Assembly (NCBI GenBank): GCA_028695415.1
Contig: JAQVIY010000001.1
Coordinates: 113,067 to 177,066, forward strand
From: Minisyncoccota bacterium
GTDB taxonomy: Bacteria > Patescibacteriota > Minisyncoccia > Phycocordibacterales > Phycocordibacteraceae
DNA: 64,000 nt
Reading direction: 5' to 3'
In this document: positions 27,742-38,320 of the stretch, piece by piece
Position numbering within the stretch: the stretch's first letter is position 1
How the letters are laid out: every line of letters starts with the position of its first letter
Notes under the pieces: model-generated
Told to the model about the DNA's origin: nothing
The model's input: the letters and a program-made list of their open reading frames with translations, nothing else
Databases searched by the model: none
Made by a program: the position numbers and the translations under genes

Positions 27742-29097
27742 ATGGAACGAACAACGACGGTGATGCTCGGGGAGAACATTGGCAAGACGGTCTCGATCTC
27801 GGGCTCTGTGGACGTGCGTCGCGACCACGGCAAGCTTGTTTTCCTCGATATTCGCGACCGCTCAGGTAAGGTACAGGTCGTCTGTCTTCCCAATCATAGC
27901 GAGGTACTCACTCGAGCGCAGGAGCTCAAACCCGAATGGGTCGTCACCATCGAGGGTATCGTGAATGAACGCCCCGAGAAGATGCGCACTGAGGGAGTGA
28001 ACGGGAACCTCGAGCTCGAAGCGACAGCGATTACCGTCCTCGCGGAAGCGCAAGAATTACCGTTCGAGAAAGATACGGCAGTCAACCTCGACACGTATCT
28101 CGACTATCTGCCGCTTACGCTTCGCTCGGAGAAGGCGCGCGCGATATTCAGAGTGCAAGCGGAGATTACGAATGCCTATCGCAGCTTCCTCGACCTGCAG
28201 GGCTTCACTGAGTTTCAAGCGCCGAAACTCATCGGCGACGACGCTGAGGGCGGCGCGAACGTCTTCTCGGTACCGTATTTCAACGACAAGGTCGCACACC
28301 TCGGCACCTCGCCGCAATTCTATAAGCAGATCATGGTTGGCGTGCTTGAGTGCGTCTATGCGATCGGCAATGTCTATCGCGCCGAAAAACATTCCACCAC
28401 CCGTCACCTGAACGAGTACACCTCGATGGACCTTGAGATGGGATTCCTCAAAGACCATCGCGACCTGATGGCGCTTGAGACACGTCTTATGCACGCGATT
28501 ATCAAGCAGCTCGAGATGAACTGTGCAGGAGAATTCAAACTCCTTGGTGCAACACTCCCCATCACGCCTGAGACATTCCCGTCAATGAAGCTTCGCGAAG
28601 CACTTGAACTCATTTACAAAGAGACCGGTCGCGACAACCGCAACGAGCCCGACCTCGAGCCCGAAGACGAGCGTTGGCTCTCGGAGTGGGCGGCGCGCGA
28701 GAAGGGAAGCGACTTTATCTTCGTGACGCATTACCCGGTAGCGAAGCGTCCGATGTACACGATGGAGGACCCTGAAGACAAGGGATATACCAAAAGCTTC
28801 GACCTTCTCTTCCGCGGCGTTGAGATCACGACTGGCGGTCAGCGTCGTCACGAATATGACAACCTTATCGAAGGCATCAAGATGAAAGGCCTCGACCCGG
28901 AAAAGTTCTCCTATTATCTGCAGGCCTTCAAGTACGGTATGCCGCCGCACGGCGGATGGGGCATGGGTCTCGAACGTCTCACGCAGAAGTTCCTCAAGCT
29001 CGATAATGTGAAGGAGGCGACGCTTTTCCCGCGCGACATGAACCGCATCGATGTGCTCCTCTCAAGCTCTATCCCCGACGAAGCCGAGGAATCTTAG
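27742..29097 (+). CDS. aspS: aspartyl-tRNA synthetase, archaeal/eukaryal-type (short form)
   Basis: N-terminal OB fold and class II motifs. FRGVEITTGGQRRH and GMPPHGGWGMGLERL closely resemble archaeal AspRS as recalled. Confidence 0.8.
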   Translation: MERTTTVMLGENIGKTVSISGSVDVRRDHGKLVFLDIRDRSGKVQVVCLPNHSEVLTRAQELKPEWVVTIEGIVNERPEKMRTEGVNGNLELEATAITVLAEAQELPFEKDTAVNLDTYLDYLPLTLRSEKARAIFRVQAEITNAYRSFLDLQGFTEFQAPKLIGDDAEGGANVFSVPYFNDKVAHLGTSPQFYKQIMVGVLECVYAIGNVYRAEKHSTTRHLNEYTSMDLEMGFLKDHRDLMALETRLMHAIIKQLEMNCAGEFKLLGATLPITPETFPSMKLREALELIYKETGRDNRNEPDLEPEDERWLSEWAAREKGSDFIFVTHYPVAKRPMYTMEDPEDKGYTKSFDLLFRGVEITTGGQRRHEYDNLIEGIKMKGLDPEKFSYYLQAFKYGMPPHGGWGMGLERLTQKFLKLDNVKEATLFPRDMNRIDVLLSSSIPDEAEES

Positions 29098-29098
29098 G

Positions 29099-29842
29099 AT
29101 GAATCCGACCCTGCCGAAGGTCAACTTCCATATCAAGACCGATTCGTATCAGGGTCCGTTCGAACTCGTGCTCGATCTTATTGAAGCGCGGAAGCTCCTC
29201 GTGAACGACCTCGCGCTTGCCTCTATCACCGAGGACTTCATCGCGCACGTGCGGGCGCAAACGACCTTCCCGGTCGAAGAGACCGCGAACTTCATCCAGA
29301 TAGCGGCGACCCTGCTTCTTATCAAATCAAAGTCGCTCATTCCCGACCTGACGTTTTCCGAAGAAGAGAACGCCGACGTCGAAGACTTGAAGCGCCGGCT
29401 TGCCGCATATGAGAAAGTGCGCGAGGCGTCGCGGGAGCTCGCACGCATCTACGGGCGGACCGTGATGGCAGCAGAAGGGGAGCGCATGCCCGAAGTGCTG
29501 TTCGCCCCTTCGCGCGACCTTTCGACCGACGCACTCGCCGAGGCGCTCGTGCGCGTACTCGCTGCACGCGAAGCGGTCGAAGAGCTCCCTGAAGCGCGCG
29601 TGAAGCCGCTTATCTCGATAGAAGAAGTGATGGACGATTTAGCGAGACGCGTGCAGAGTGCTCTGACGCTCTCGTTCAAGGACTTCGCCGGTGAGCAGAA
29701 AGAGAAAGTGGAGGTCATAGTCTCATTCCTTGCCCTTTTGGAATTGGTCAAACAAGGAGCGGTCGCTGCTGAACAATTCGATACTCACGGCGATATCCGT
29801 ATCAGCCACACTGCCGCCTCCGCCGTTCCGCGGTACGGGTAA
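29099..29842 (+). CDS. scpA: segregation and condensation protein A
   Basis: FQGPFELVLDLIEARKL N-terminal motif; size and context with scpB. Confidence 0.8.
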   Translation: MNPTLPKVNFHIKTDSYQGPFELVLDLIEARKLLVNDLALASITEDFIAHVRAQTTFPVEETANFIQIAATLLLIKSKSLIPDLTFSEEENADVEDLKRRLAAYEKVREASRELARIYGRTVMAAEGERMPEVLFAPSRDLSTDALAEALVRVLAAREAVEELPEARVKPLISIEEVMDDLARRVQSALTLSFKDFAGEQKEKVEVIVSFLALLELVKQGAVAAEQFDTHGDIRISHTAASAVPRYG

Positions 29843-30010
29843 TCCCGTTGCAAACTCTTCGAGTTGCAACGGGACACGTCTCCCCATAATCGGACGTGTT
29901 GTCCCCAGAAATACCGAACAAAGTGAGTATATTTCTGGAGGATCCCTGAGCGAAGCGAGAGGGACAAATCTCCTTGTTTCTGTTGGCGTGTATAGGCTAT
30001 TATAAACATA

Positions 30011-30580
30011 ATGCTTACGCCCCCTGCCGCTCTTCACGCTCTTCTCTTCGCCTCCGGCGAACCAATGAGCAAACAGCAGCTCGCAAAGCTCTTGGACATA
30101 AAAGATTCTGAAGTCAATATGGTGCTCAAAGCGCTCACTGACTCGCTCAAAGGGAGCGGGGTGGTCGTCGTTGAAACCGAGACTGAGGTCGAGCTCCGTA
30201 CGGCGCCGGAAGCCTCGGCTCTCGTAAAGAAGCTCCGCGAGAGCGAGCTCTCGCGCGATCTCGGTAAGGCGTCGCTTGAGACGCTTGCGACTATCGCCTA
30301 TCAAGCGGGCTCGACACGCGGCGAGATAGACTGGGTGCGCGGAGTCAATTCTTCAGCCTCACTGCGCACGCTGCTTATGCGCGGACTCATCGAGGGCAGA
30401 GAAGACGAACGCGATAAACGTCGTATCCGTTATTCGCTTACTACCGAAGCGCTTGCCCACTTGGGTATCAGGAGTTCCGCCGACCTCCCGCGCGCCGAAG
30501 AGCTTATGGCGGGTGCGCACGCGGTCGTTGAAGAAGCGTCTCTAAACGCGGCCGCCGAACCACAAGAAGAAATTGCATAA
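30011..30580 (+). CDS. scpB: segregation and condensation protein B
   Basis: ALLFASGEP and ETLATIAYQAGSTRGEIDWVRGV winged-helix motifs. Confidence 0.85.
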   Translation: MLTPPAALHALLFASGEPMSKQQLAKLLDIKDSEVNMVLKALTDSLKGSGVVVVETETEVELRTAPEASALVKKLRESELSRDLGKASLETLATIAYQAGSTRGEIDWVRGVNSSASLRTLLMRGLIEGREDERDKRRIRYSLTTEALAHLGIRSSADLPRAEELMAGAHAVVEEASLNAAAEPQEEIA

Positions 30581-30583
30581 CGT

Positions 30584-31537
30584 ATGGATGCCGCTGAACT
30601 TCAAGAACTGGCGAAACGTACCCGCTCTACGCGCGAAACGGGCGTTGCGCTCGTCCTCGCGACCGGACTCCTCTCCCTTTTCCTTTTTGTACCACTCGCC
30701 TCACCGAGGCCGACGCTCGTACCAGAAACGGCAGCTCTTGCAGTCTCGACTACGCCGAACGCTTTCGCGCAGATAGCAATCGATGCGAAAGCCGCGATAG
30801 TATACGACCTCGCGACTGGTGAGACATTGTATACCAAGAACGCCGACACTCAGCTCCCGCTCGCCTCGCTTACGAAACTACTCACGGTCTATGCGGCACT
30901 CTCTGAACTCTCGCCGACCACTCCCGTCACCATCTCCGCCGACGCAACTCGCGTGGATTCTCCGCGCGCATTCAATGAGGGTCAAGTGTTCTCGCTCGCT
31001 GACATCGCGCGGCTGACGCTCACTGCCTCGCTCAACGACGGTGCGGTCGCTATCGCCGAAGCGACTGCCGCGCGGCAGAACGTCTCAGAGAGCGCGATGC
31101 TCGCCAGCGCTGCGGCGGCGCTCGGCCTCTCTCAAACCTATGCGGTAAATGGCAGCGGTCTCGATATCTCTGCCGCCGTCTCGGGCGGGTATGGTTCGGC
31201 GCGCGATCTCGCGCTTCTCGCTGGTGCATTGGTCAAACAAGCCCCTGCTATAGCGGAGGCGACAACCGCAAGCTCTGCACGTGCCATCTCAGAGGGCGGT
31301 ACGGTATTCCACGTAAAGAATACTGACCCTATGGTTGCGACCATACCCGGACTCCTGCTATCTAAGACTGGTTACACCGATCTCGCGGGCGGAAATCTCG
31401 CCATAGTCTTTGACGCGGGCATCAATCACCCTGTCGCGGTCGTCGTACTTGGGTCGTCACAGAAGGCTCGCTTCACCGACAGCACCGCGCTTATCGCAGC
31501 TTCTTTCGCGCATTTCGCAGGCGTTGAATCCCTCTGA
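30584..31537 (+). CDS. D-alanyl-D-alanine carboxypeptidase (peptidase S11, PBP5-like)
   Basis: SxxK (ASLTKLLT), SxN (NGSG) and KTG (KTGYT) motifs. N-terminal membrane anchor. Confidence 0.8.
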   Translation: MDAAELQELAKRTRSTRETGVALVLATGLLSLFLFVPLASPRPTLVPETAALAVSTTPNAFAQIAIDAKAAIVYDLATGETLYTKNADTQLPLASLTKLLTVYAALSELSPTTPVTISADATRVDSPRAFNEGQVFSLADIARLTLTASLNDGAVAIAEATAARQNVSESAMLASAAAALGLSQTYAVNGSGLDISAAVSGGYGSARDLALLAGALVKQAPAIAEATTASSARAISEGGTVFHVKNTDPMVATIPGLLLSKTGYTDLAGGNLAIVFDAGINHPVAVVVLGSSQKARFTDSTALIAASFAHFAGVESL

Positions 31538-31539
31538 TT

Positions 31540-32619
31540 ATGCTGACTTCTAGCATCATAAAGGTGTTTATTCCCGCTACGGCATCATTCGCCATCGGTA
31601 TCCTCTTCGCCCCTCTCCTCACGCACTGCCTCTACAAGCATAAGGTATGGAAGAAGTCGGTGGGGAAGACTGCGCTCGACGGTACTCCGGCAGTCGAATT
31701 CGAAAAAATTCGCACCACCGCTCATGCTGGCACCGAGACCTCGACCCCGCGCATGGGCGGCATCCTCATTTGGGTAACGGCGACCTTTGTGACCGTCGGC
31801 ATCTGGGTACTCGCGCGGCTCGTACCAGGTCCTTTTTTCGAGAAGCTCGATTTTCTCAGTCGGAGCCAGACCTGGATACCTCTTTTCGCGCTTCTCGCCG
31901 GCGCATTCGTCGGTTTCGTGAACGATCTCCTGGACATCCTTCCTTCCGGAGAACGCGGTCTTGGTCTCCGCACCCGCCTTCTTTTCGTTACGCTCGTCTC
32001 GACCTTTATCGGTTGGTGGTTCTACGCAAAGCTCGGTGTTGATGCTATCGGTATTCCGGGCGATGGCACATTCACGATAGGTGCGCTTATCGTCCCGCTC
32101 TTTGTCTTTACGACGCTCGTGCTTTACGCGGGAGGCGTTATCGACGGTATTGACGGGCTCGCAGGAGGAGTATTCAGCACCGCCTTCATGGCGTACGCCG
32201 GCATTGCCTATTTCCAAAATCAGATAAATCTCGCGGCATTTTCGGCGACTCTTATCGGTGCGCTACTCGCGTTTCTTTGGTTCAACATACCGCCCGCACG
32301 GTTCTGGATGACCGAGACCGGCACGATGGGGCTTACGATGACGCTCGCCGTCATTGCCTTTATGACCGATACGCCCGGGAACGGCTATGGCGTCGCGGCG
32401 CTTCCCATCATCGCATTCCCACTCATCATCACGGTCGCCTCGAACATCATTCAAGTCATCTCAAAGAAGCTGCGCGGGAAGAAAGTGTTCCGTATCGCTC
32501 CTCTGCATCACCACTTTGAAGCCATCGGCTGGCCTTCATACAAAGTTACAATGCGCTACTGGATAATCTCGATCGTCTGCGCCATCGTCGGTATGATCGT
32601 GGCGCTCTTGAAGACATGA
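31540..32619 (+). CDS. mraY: phospho-N-acetylmuramoyl-pentapeptide transferase
   Basis: TPRMGGILI and APLHHHFE..GW motifs; polytopic membrane protein. Confidence 0.9.
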   Translation: MLTSSIIKVFIPATASFAIGILFAPLLTHCLYKHKVWKKSVGKTALDGTPAVEFEKIRTTAHAGTETSTPRMGGILIWVTATFVTVGIWVLARLVPGPFFEKLDFLSRSQTWIPLFALLAGAFVGFVNDLLDILPSGERGLGLRTRLLFVTLVSTFIGWWFYAKLGVDAIGIPGDGTFTIGALIVPLFVFTTLVLYAGGVIDGIDGLAGGVFSTAFMAYAGIAYFQNQINLAAFSATLIGALLAFLWFNIPPARFWMTETGTMGLTMTLAVIAFMTDTPGNGYGVAALPIIAFPLIITVASNIIQVISKKLRGKKVFRIAPLHHHFEAIGWPSYKVTMRYWIISIVCAIVGMIVALLKT

Positions 32620-33713
32620 AGTTTGTCGCTGGCGATCGGGTGTTCTTCATGCTGGTGCTTGCCATCGTACTCACCGGCCTTGCCATCTTTTCTTCCGCCG
32701 CGCTCGGACTTCTTGCGCGCGAATCGAGCTCCGTATCAAAAGACATACTGCTTCAGCTGGGACTCGGAATAGGGCTCGGGTTCCTCGCGCTCGTTGTCGC
32801 GCGTGCTGTCCCGCTCGCGCAGATACGGCGATTCGCTCCGTATATCTACGGCGCGACTCTCGTCTTCACCGCGCTCGTGTTCGTTCCGGGCATCGGACTC
32901 CATGCCAACGGCGCAACACGCTGGATAGACCTCGGCTTTACGACCGTACAGCCGGCCGAGTTCTTAAAGATAGGTTTTGTGCTCGTACTCGCGTGGTGGC
33001 TCACCCCCCGAGCTCGGCAACTCTCTGACCTGAAGAAAGGTTTGTTACCTTTTACCTTTATACTTCTCCTGCCTGCCATTCTCCTCTTGGCTCAGCCGAA
33101 TACCTCGACGACCATGCTTATCATCGCCACCGGCGGCGTAATGTACTTCGGTGCAGGCGCGCCGTGGCGCGACTTTGGCATACTGTTCCTTTGCGCGATC
33201 GTCGCGCTCAGCGCGATTATCATCGTACGACCGTATGCGCTTGAACGAATAAAGACGTTCATCGACCCTTCTGCAAACTCGCTCTCAAGCGGATATCAGA
33301 TACAACAATCACTCATCGCTATCGGGAGTGGCGGATTCCTTGGTCGCGGGTTCGGACAGAGTGTAGAGAAGTTCAATTATCTGCCGGAGCCCGATGGCGA
33401 CTCGGTCTTCGCTGTCTTCGCTGAAGAGACCGGGTTCCTTGGAGCGAGCTTTCTCCTTATTCTCTTCGTCGCACTTGCGGCGCGCGGTATCGCGATAGCG
33501 GGAAACTCAAAAGACTTTTTCGGCGGCCTCGTCGCGCTCGGATTCTCATTCCTCATCATCTTTCAGGCGTTCATCAATATCTGCGCGATGCTCGGCATCA
33601 TCCCGCTCACCGGCCTGCCGCTTCCATTCGTCTCTCACGGCGGTACCGCACTTATGGCAACCCTTCTTATGTGCGGCCTTATTTTGAACGTCGCCGCACA
33701 TAAGAAGGCGTAG
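32616..33713 (+). CDS. ftsW: SEDS-family peptidoglycan glycosyltransferase FtsW/RodA
   Basis: SEDS motifs (TRWIDLGFTTVQPAEFLKI, PEPDGDSVFAV). Position between mraY and murG. Confidence 0.85.
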   Translation: MKFVAGDRVFFMLVLAIVLTGLAIFSSAALGLLARESSSVSKDILLQLGLGIGLGFLALVVARAVPLAQIRRFAPYIYGATLVFTALVFVPGIGLHANGATRWIDLGFTTVQPAEFLKIGFVLVLAWWLTPRARQLSDLKKGLLPFTFILLLPAILLLAQPNTSTTMLIIATGGVMYFGAGAPWRDFGILFLCAIVALSAIIIVRPYALERIKTFIDPSANSLSSGYQIQQSLIAIGSGGFLGRGFGQSVEKFNYLPEPDGDSVFAVFAEETGFLGASFLLILFVALAARGIAIAGNSKDFFGGLVALGFSFLIIFQAFINICAMLGIIPLTGLPLPFVSHGGTALMATLLMCGLILNVAAHKKA

Positions 33714-33725
33714 TATACTTCTCGT

Positions 33726-34865
33726 ATGACCATCGCGTTTACGGGAGGGGGGACCGGCGGGCACTTTTACCCCATTATCGCCATTGCCGAGGCGCTGCAG
33801 GATCTCGTGCGCGAGAAGCGGCTCGTCGAACCCAAGCTCTACTATCTCGCCCCGAGCACGTTCGACGAGAAGGCGCTTTTCGAGAACAGCATCATCTATC
33901 TCTACGTTCCGGCAGGGAAGATGCGCCGATACGCGTCATTCCTCAATGTCACCGATTCATTCGTTACGTTCTTCGGCGTCATATCGGCGCTCGTTACGCT
34001 TTTCCGTCTCTATCCCGATGTCGTCGTAAGCAAGGGCGGGTACGGCAGCGTGCCCACCGTCATCGCCGCGCGCATACTGCGTATTCCTATCATCATCCAT
34101 GAATCAGATGCGAAACCGGGCCGTGCAAACTTGCTCGCCGCAAAGTTTGCAACGAAGATAGCTATATCGTTTGAAAGCGCGGCGGCATTCTTCCCGAAGA
34201 AGGCGCAAAGCAAGATTGCGCGCACCGGTATCCCTATCCGTAAGGCGCTTATGCGCACTGAGCTCGAAGGCGCTCGTCAGTACCTCGGGCTCGAGAAGGA
34301 TATCCCGACCATTTTCATCATCGGCGGCTCTCAGGGCGCGGTGAAAATAAACGAGACCGTCCTCTCCGCACTGCCCGAACTCGTCGCTCGTGCGAACGTC
34401 ATACATCAGACCGGTCAAGCGAATATCTCGAACGTCGAGGCGGTGGCAAAGGTCGTACTCGCAAAATCTCCGAACGCCGACCGATACCATCCCATCAATT
34501 ATCTCAATGAGATGTCGCTTCAGCGCGCCGCAGGTGTCGCTGACCTTATCATTTCGCGCGCGGGCGCGGGCAGCATCGCCGAGATAGGTCTCTGGAAGAA
34601 ACCCGCCATACTTATACCGATACCCGAATCTATAAGCCACGACCAGCGCACCAACGCCTACAGCTACGCGCGGACGGGCGCGGCAGTCGTGCTTGAAGAA
34701 GAGAACCTTGCGCCGCACCTGCTCGTGTCTGAAGTGAAGCGCATCTTGGGCGACCCTGAGCTCGCGAAACGCATGGGCGCCTCCGCCGCCGGCTTCACCG
34801 ACCCCGATGCCGCACGCGTTCTCGCAAACGAGGTGCTCAGCATCGCGCTCAGCCACGAATCGTAA
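33726..34865 (+). CDS. murG: undecaprenyldiphospho-muramoylpentapeptide beta-N-acetylglucosaminyltransferase
   Basis: FTGGGTGGHFYP N-terminal motif and overall MurG sequence. Confidence 0.9.
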   Translation: MTIAFTGGGTGGHFYPIIAIAEALQDLVREKRLVEPKLYYLAPSTFDEKALFENSIIYLYVPAGKMRRYASFLNVTDSFVTFFGVISALVTLFRLYPDVVVSKGGYGSVPTVIAARILRIPIIIHESDAKPGRANLLAAKFATKIAISFESAAAFFPKKAQSKIARTGIPIRKALMRTELEGARQYLGLEKDIPTIFIIGGSQGAVKINETVLSALPELVARANVIHQTGQANISNVEAVAKVVLAKSPNADRYHPINYLNEMSLQRAAGVADLIISRAGAGSIAEIGLWKKPAILIPIPESISHDQRTNAYSYARTGAAVVLEEENLAPHLLVSEVKRILGDPELAKRMGASAAGFTDPDAARVLANEVLSIALSHES

Positions 34866-34867
34866 CC

Positions 34868-36208
34868 ATGGCCATCGTCACGCGTTTCGCCCCCTCACCG
34901 ACCGGCTATCTCCACGCCGGCAATTATCGTACCGCGGTATTCGCCTATCTCTTTGCGAAACATTCGGGAGGAAGATTCATCGTACGCATAGAAGATACTG
35001 ACGTTGCGCGGAGCAAGCCGGAATACGAAGCGAATATCTTCGAAGCACTTGCCTGGCTCAATCTTCCGGTAGATGAACGTTATCGCCAAAGCGAGCATCG
35101 ACCACGCCATCGCGAACTCCTCGAGAAACTCGTTGCTCTTGGTGCCGCCTACGTGTCTAAAGAAACGCCCGAGAAAGAAGGGGATAGGGAAGAGGTCATC
35201 CGCTTCAGGAACCCCGGCGGAGCAATCACCTTCACCGATATCATCCGCGGCGACATAACGACTGACGTCAATGACCTTGGCGACTTTATTATTGCACGCT
35301 CCTATGATGAGCCGGTCTTTCACTTTGCGGTTGCGGTTGACGACTCAGACGAGGAGGTTACGCACGTCATCCGCGGAGCCGATCATATCTCGAATACCGC
35401 ACGCCAATTGCTTATTCAGCGCGCGCTCGGCTTCCCGACGCCTCTCTATGCGCACTTGCCGCTCATCATGGACAGCTCGCACAAGAAGCTCTCGAAGCGT
35501 TCTGGTGCGAAAGCGCTTACCGAATACCGCGACCTGGGTGTCCTCCCTGAAGCGCTTCTCAACTACCTCTCGTTTCTCGGGTGGAATCCCGGCGACGAGC
35601 GTGAGTATCTTTCAAAAGAAGAGTTGATCGAAGCCTTCGATCTCGTACGCGTGCAAAAGGGGAGTGCGGTCTTCGACGAAGTGAAGCTCTTCTCGGTCAA
35701 TCAGCACTGGATGCGCACGCTCTCTGATGACGAATTCTTCTCGCGCTTGAGCGGACATCTCCCGCCGAACGGCTTTACTCCCGAGAAAATACGAAAAGCC
35801 ATTCCGCTTCTCAAGGAGCGCGCACAGACCTTTGAAGAGGCGCGCGAACTCCTTACTGGCGAACTTTCCTGTCTCTTTGAAGCACCCGAACCGGAGCGGG
35901 AGCGGCTTATCGCTAAAGAGCTCCCCGACTGCCCAGAGATGACTATATCGGCTCTCCAGTGCCTCCTGGGAGCCCTAAAAGCTGTCCCAGAGGGCGCTTC
36001 TGCCGAGGCAGCAAAAGAGGCGCTGATGCCGCTTGCGGACGCCGAGGAGGCAAAACAGAAAGGGGGCAGAGGAGCGGTCCTCTGGCCTCTGCGCTACGCC
36101 CTCTCCGGACAAGATCGTTCTCCTGACCCTTTCACGCTCATCTCGATATTGGGGACCAGCGAATCGCTCGCACGCATAGAAAAGGCTCTTGCTATACTGA
36201 ACAAATGA
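34868..36208 (+). CDS. gltX: glutamyl-tRNA synthetase
   Basis: RFAPSPTGYLHAGN (HIGH region) and KLSKR (KMSKS-type) motifs. Confidence 0.92.
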   Translation: MAIVTRFAPSPTGYLHAGNYRTAVFAYLFAKHSGGRFIVRIEDTDVARSKPEYEANIFEALAWLNLPVDERYRQSEHRPRHRELLEKLVALGAAYVSKETPEKEGDREEVIRFRNPGGAITFTDIIRGDITTDVNDLGDFIIARSYDEPVFHFAVAVDDSDEEVTHVIRGADHISNTARQLLIQRALGFPTPLYAHLPLIMDSSHKKLSKRSGAKALTEYRDLGVLPEALLNYLSFLGWNPGDEREYLSKEELIEAFDLVRVQKGSAVFDEVKLFSVNQHWMRTLSDDEFFSRLSGHLPPNGFTPEKIRKAIPLLKERAQTFEEARELLTGELSCLFEAPEPERERLIAKELPDCPEMTISALQCLLGALKAVPEGASAEAAKEALMPLADAEEAKQKGGRGAVLWPLRYALSGQDRSPDPFTLISILGTSESLARIEKALAILNK

Positions 36209-37536
36209 GTCGGCCACGTTCTGTATTTTTATTTTCGCTGTTCGCTGTCTTCCTTTTTCCTGGTGTCTCATACGCACAAACGGCTGATTCCCTGCAAGCC
36301 CAGATAAACGCGAACAATGTTCAGCTTGATGCCATCAAGGCAGATATCGCCGCCTATCAGAAACAGCTCGATGCGCTTGGCGAGAAGAAGAACACACTTC
36401 AATCAACCGTTAGTTCGCTTACCATCTCACAGAAACAGCTCGCCTCGCAGATACAGCTCACGCAGAGCCAGATAGCTTCGGCGAACCTGCAAATACGGCA
36501 ACTGACGAACTCTATCGGCGACAAGGAGGCTTCCATATCCTCTGATCAGGCGGCTATCTCGAAGGCGCTTCGTGTCGTGGCGGCGGGCGAAGAGCGGCCG
36601 CTTATCACGAGCCTCATATCCTCGGGCTCTCTCGGGGAAGCGTGGCGTCTCGCCGATCAGATGACGCAATTCAATCAGGCTCTCGCAGACAATATCAGCC
36701 ACCTGCGTATCGCGCGGACTCAGCTCACGACAAACCGCGATGCGGTGACGAAAGCGAAAGCAGATCTCGTCGCGCTTCAGAATCAGCTCACGGTGCAGAA
36801 GCGCTCCGTCGATGCAAGTAAGAATGCGCAAACGCAGCTCTTGGCACAGACGAAGAATCAGGAGGCGAACTACCAGAAGCTCCTCGCGCAGAAACAGGCG
36901 GCGGAAAAAGACTTTGAACAGGAGCTTCTCAATCTCCAAGGGCAGCTCAATCTCGTCGTGCATCCGAACCTTCTCCCGAAGGTCGGCTCGGGCGTACTCG
37001 TGTGGCCTATGAGCAATGCCTTTATGTTCAACTGTGCGGCACGCAAAAACGTGTTCGGAAATATCTTCTGCATCACGCAGTACTTCGGCACGACCGCATT
37101 CTCAACCGCCAATGCGCAGGTCTATAATGGTCATGGCCATAATGCCATAGACATAGGCGCACCTATCGGCACGCCGCTCTATGCGGCACTCGACGGCACC
37201 GTGCTCGCGACCGGTAACACCGACCTCGTGCGCGGCTGTTACTCGTTCGGCAAGTGGGTGATGATCACGCACGGCAACGGCCTCTCGACGCTCTATGCGC
37301 ACCTCTCTGAAATAGATGTAGCGAAAGGGCAGTGGGTGAGTACGAAACAGCTCATAGGCCTCTCCGGCATGACTGGGTATGCGACCGGCCCGCATCTCCA
37401 CTTTGGCGTATACGCGACCGAGGGTACGCAGATAATGACCTTGAAGCAATTCCGCAGTACGAACACTTCCTGTGCGAACGCGACGATGCCGGTCGCGACG
37501 CTCTCCGCATACCTGAATCCGTTGTCGTACCTCTGA
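36205..37536 (+). CDS. secreted M23-family metallopeptidase with a long N-terminal coiled coil (EnvC/LytM-like)
   Basis: Signal peptide and coiled coil. C-terminal HGHNAIDIG...GPHLHFG LytM motifs. Confidence 0.85.
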   Translation: MSRPRSVFLFSLFAVFLFPGVSYAQTADSLQAQINANNVQLDAIKADIAAYQKQLDALGEKKNTLQSTVSSLTISQKQLASQIQLTQSQIASANLQIRQLTNSIGDKEASISSDQAAISKALRVVAAGEERPLITSLISSGSLGEAWRLADQMTQFNQALADNISHLRIARTQLTTNRDAVTKAKADLVALQNQLTVQKRSVDASKNAQTQLLAQTKNQEANYQKLLAQKQAAEKDFEQELLNLQGQLNLVVHPNLLPKVGSGVLVWPMSNAFMFNCAARKNVFGNIFCITQYFGTTAFSTANAQVYNGHGHNAIDIGAPIGTPLYAALDGTVLATGNTDLVRGCYSFGKWVMITHGNGLSTLYAHLSEIDVAKGQWVSTKQLIGLSGMTGYATGPHLHFGVYATEGTQIMTLKQFRSTNTSCANATMPVATLSAYLNPLSYL

Positions 37537-37840
37537 TCTCTCTACCCGAATCTCGGCTAGACGTGTTCACGAGGGGAGGGGAGGTATATACTACCTATGT
37601 ATGGGTATCACCCTTCGAACCATCTTCTGGGCTCTCGTTCTTCTCCTCGCCCTGTCATTCTTTGGCATCTCTCTGCAAGCTATAGTGAACTCTCCTGTGG
37701 GCCAAGCAAATATTCATTACGTGAGCGGCCTCCTCTCCGATCTCTGGCTGTGGTGCACCGCGTGGATGAGGCCCCTAATCTAGTTCTAACTGGGATATGT
37801 GCGCAAAAGATATAATGTGCGCACTTCATACGTCTTAGTC

Positions 37841-38320
37841 CTAGATTCTCCCCTTTCGTTTAATACGGTCTGACTGTGCTTTTATATCAGATAACTTTTG
37901 CTCCAAATCTTTATCGAGCGGGCGGCTTTTTCCTGTTATTTCTTTTTGTCTGTGAGCATAGAGCAGTTTTACTGCTTGGCTCCATAACTCAAAGTCTTTC
38001 GCTTTTGTACCAAACAGGTGATTTTTCTCAAAGAAGGGGACTATAACGTCATGCAGCTCGGATGTGTTCTGGACAGAATAACGAACCTGATCCCCTGCTC
38101 TTTTGAAAGATATATTACCTACACTAAATTTGTCTCTAATGAGTTCGAGAAGTCCGGCATCTGATGGATGCAACACAATTGCAAATTCAGTTTTCCAATA
38201 ATGATACTCATACAGTATATTTCCATCATCGTCATATCTTTTATCTGCTCGATAGTTCAGAGCAAAACATCCTTCGCCATCAACAAAACCAGCGACGTAG
38301 CTGTCGTCGAGACCTTTCAT
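37841..38320 (-). CDS. free-standing LAGLIDADG homing endonuclease (single-motif, I-CreI-like size)
   Basis: YVAGFVDGEGCF LAGLIDADG motif near the N-terminus, about 159 aa, sitting in a conspicuously AT-rich islet. Confidence 0.75.
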   Translation of the reverse strand: MKGLDDSYVAGFVDGEGCFALNYRADKRYDDDGNILYEYHYWKTEFAIVLHPSDAGLLELIRDKFSVGNISFKRAGDQVRYSVQNTSELHDVIVPFFEKNHLFGTKAKDFELWSQAVKLLYAHRQKEITGKSRPLDKDLEQKLSDIKAQSDRIKRKGRI

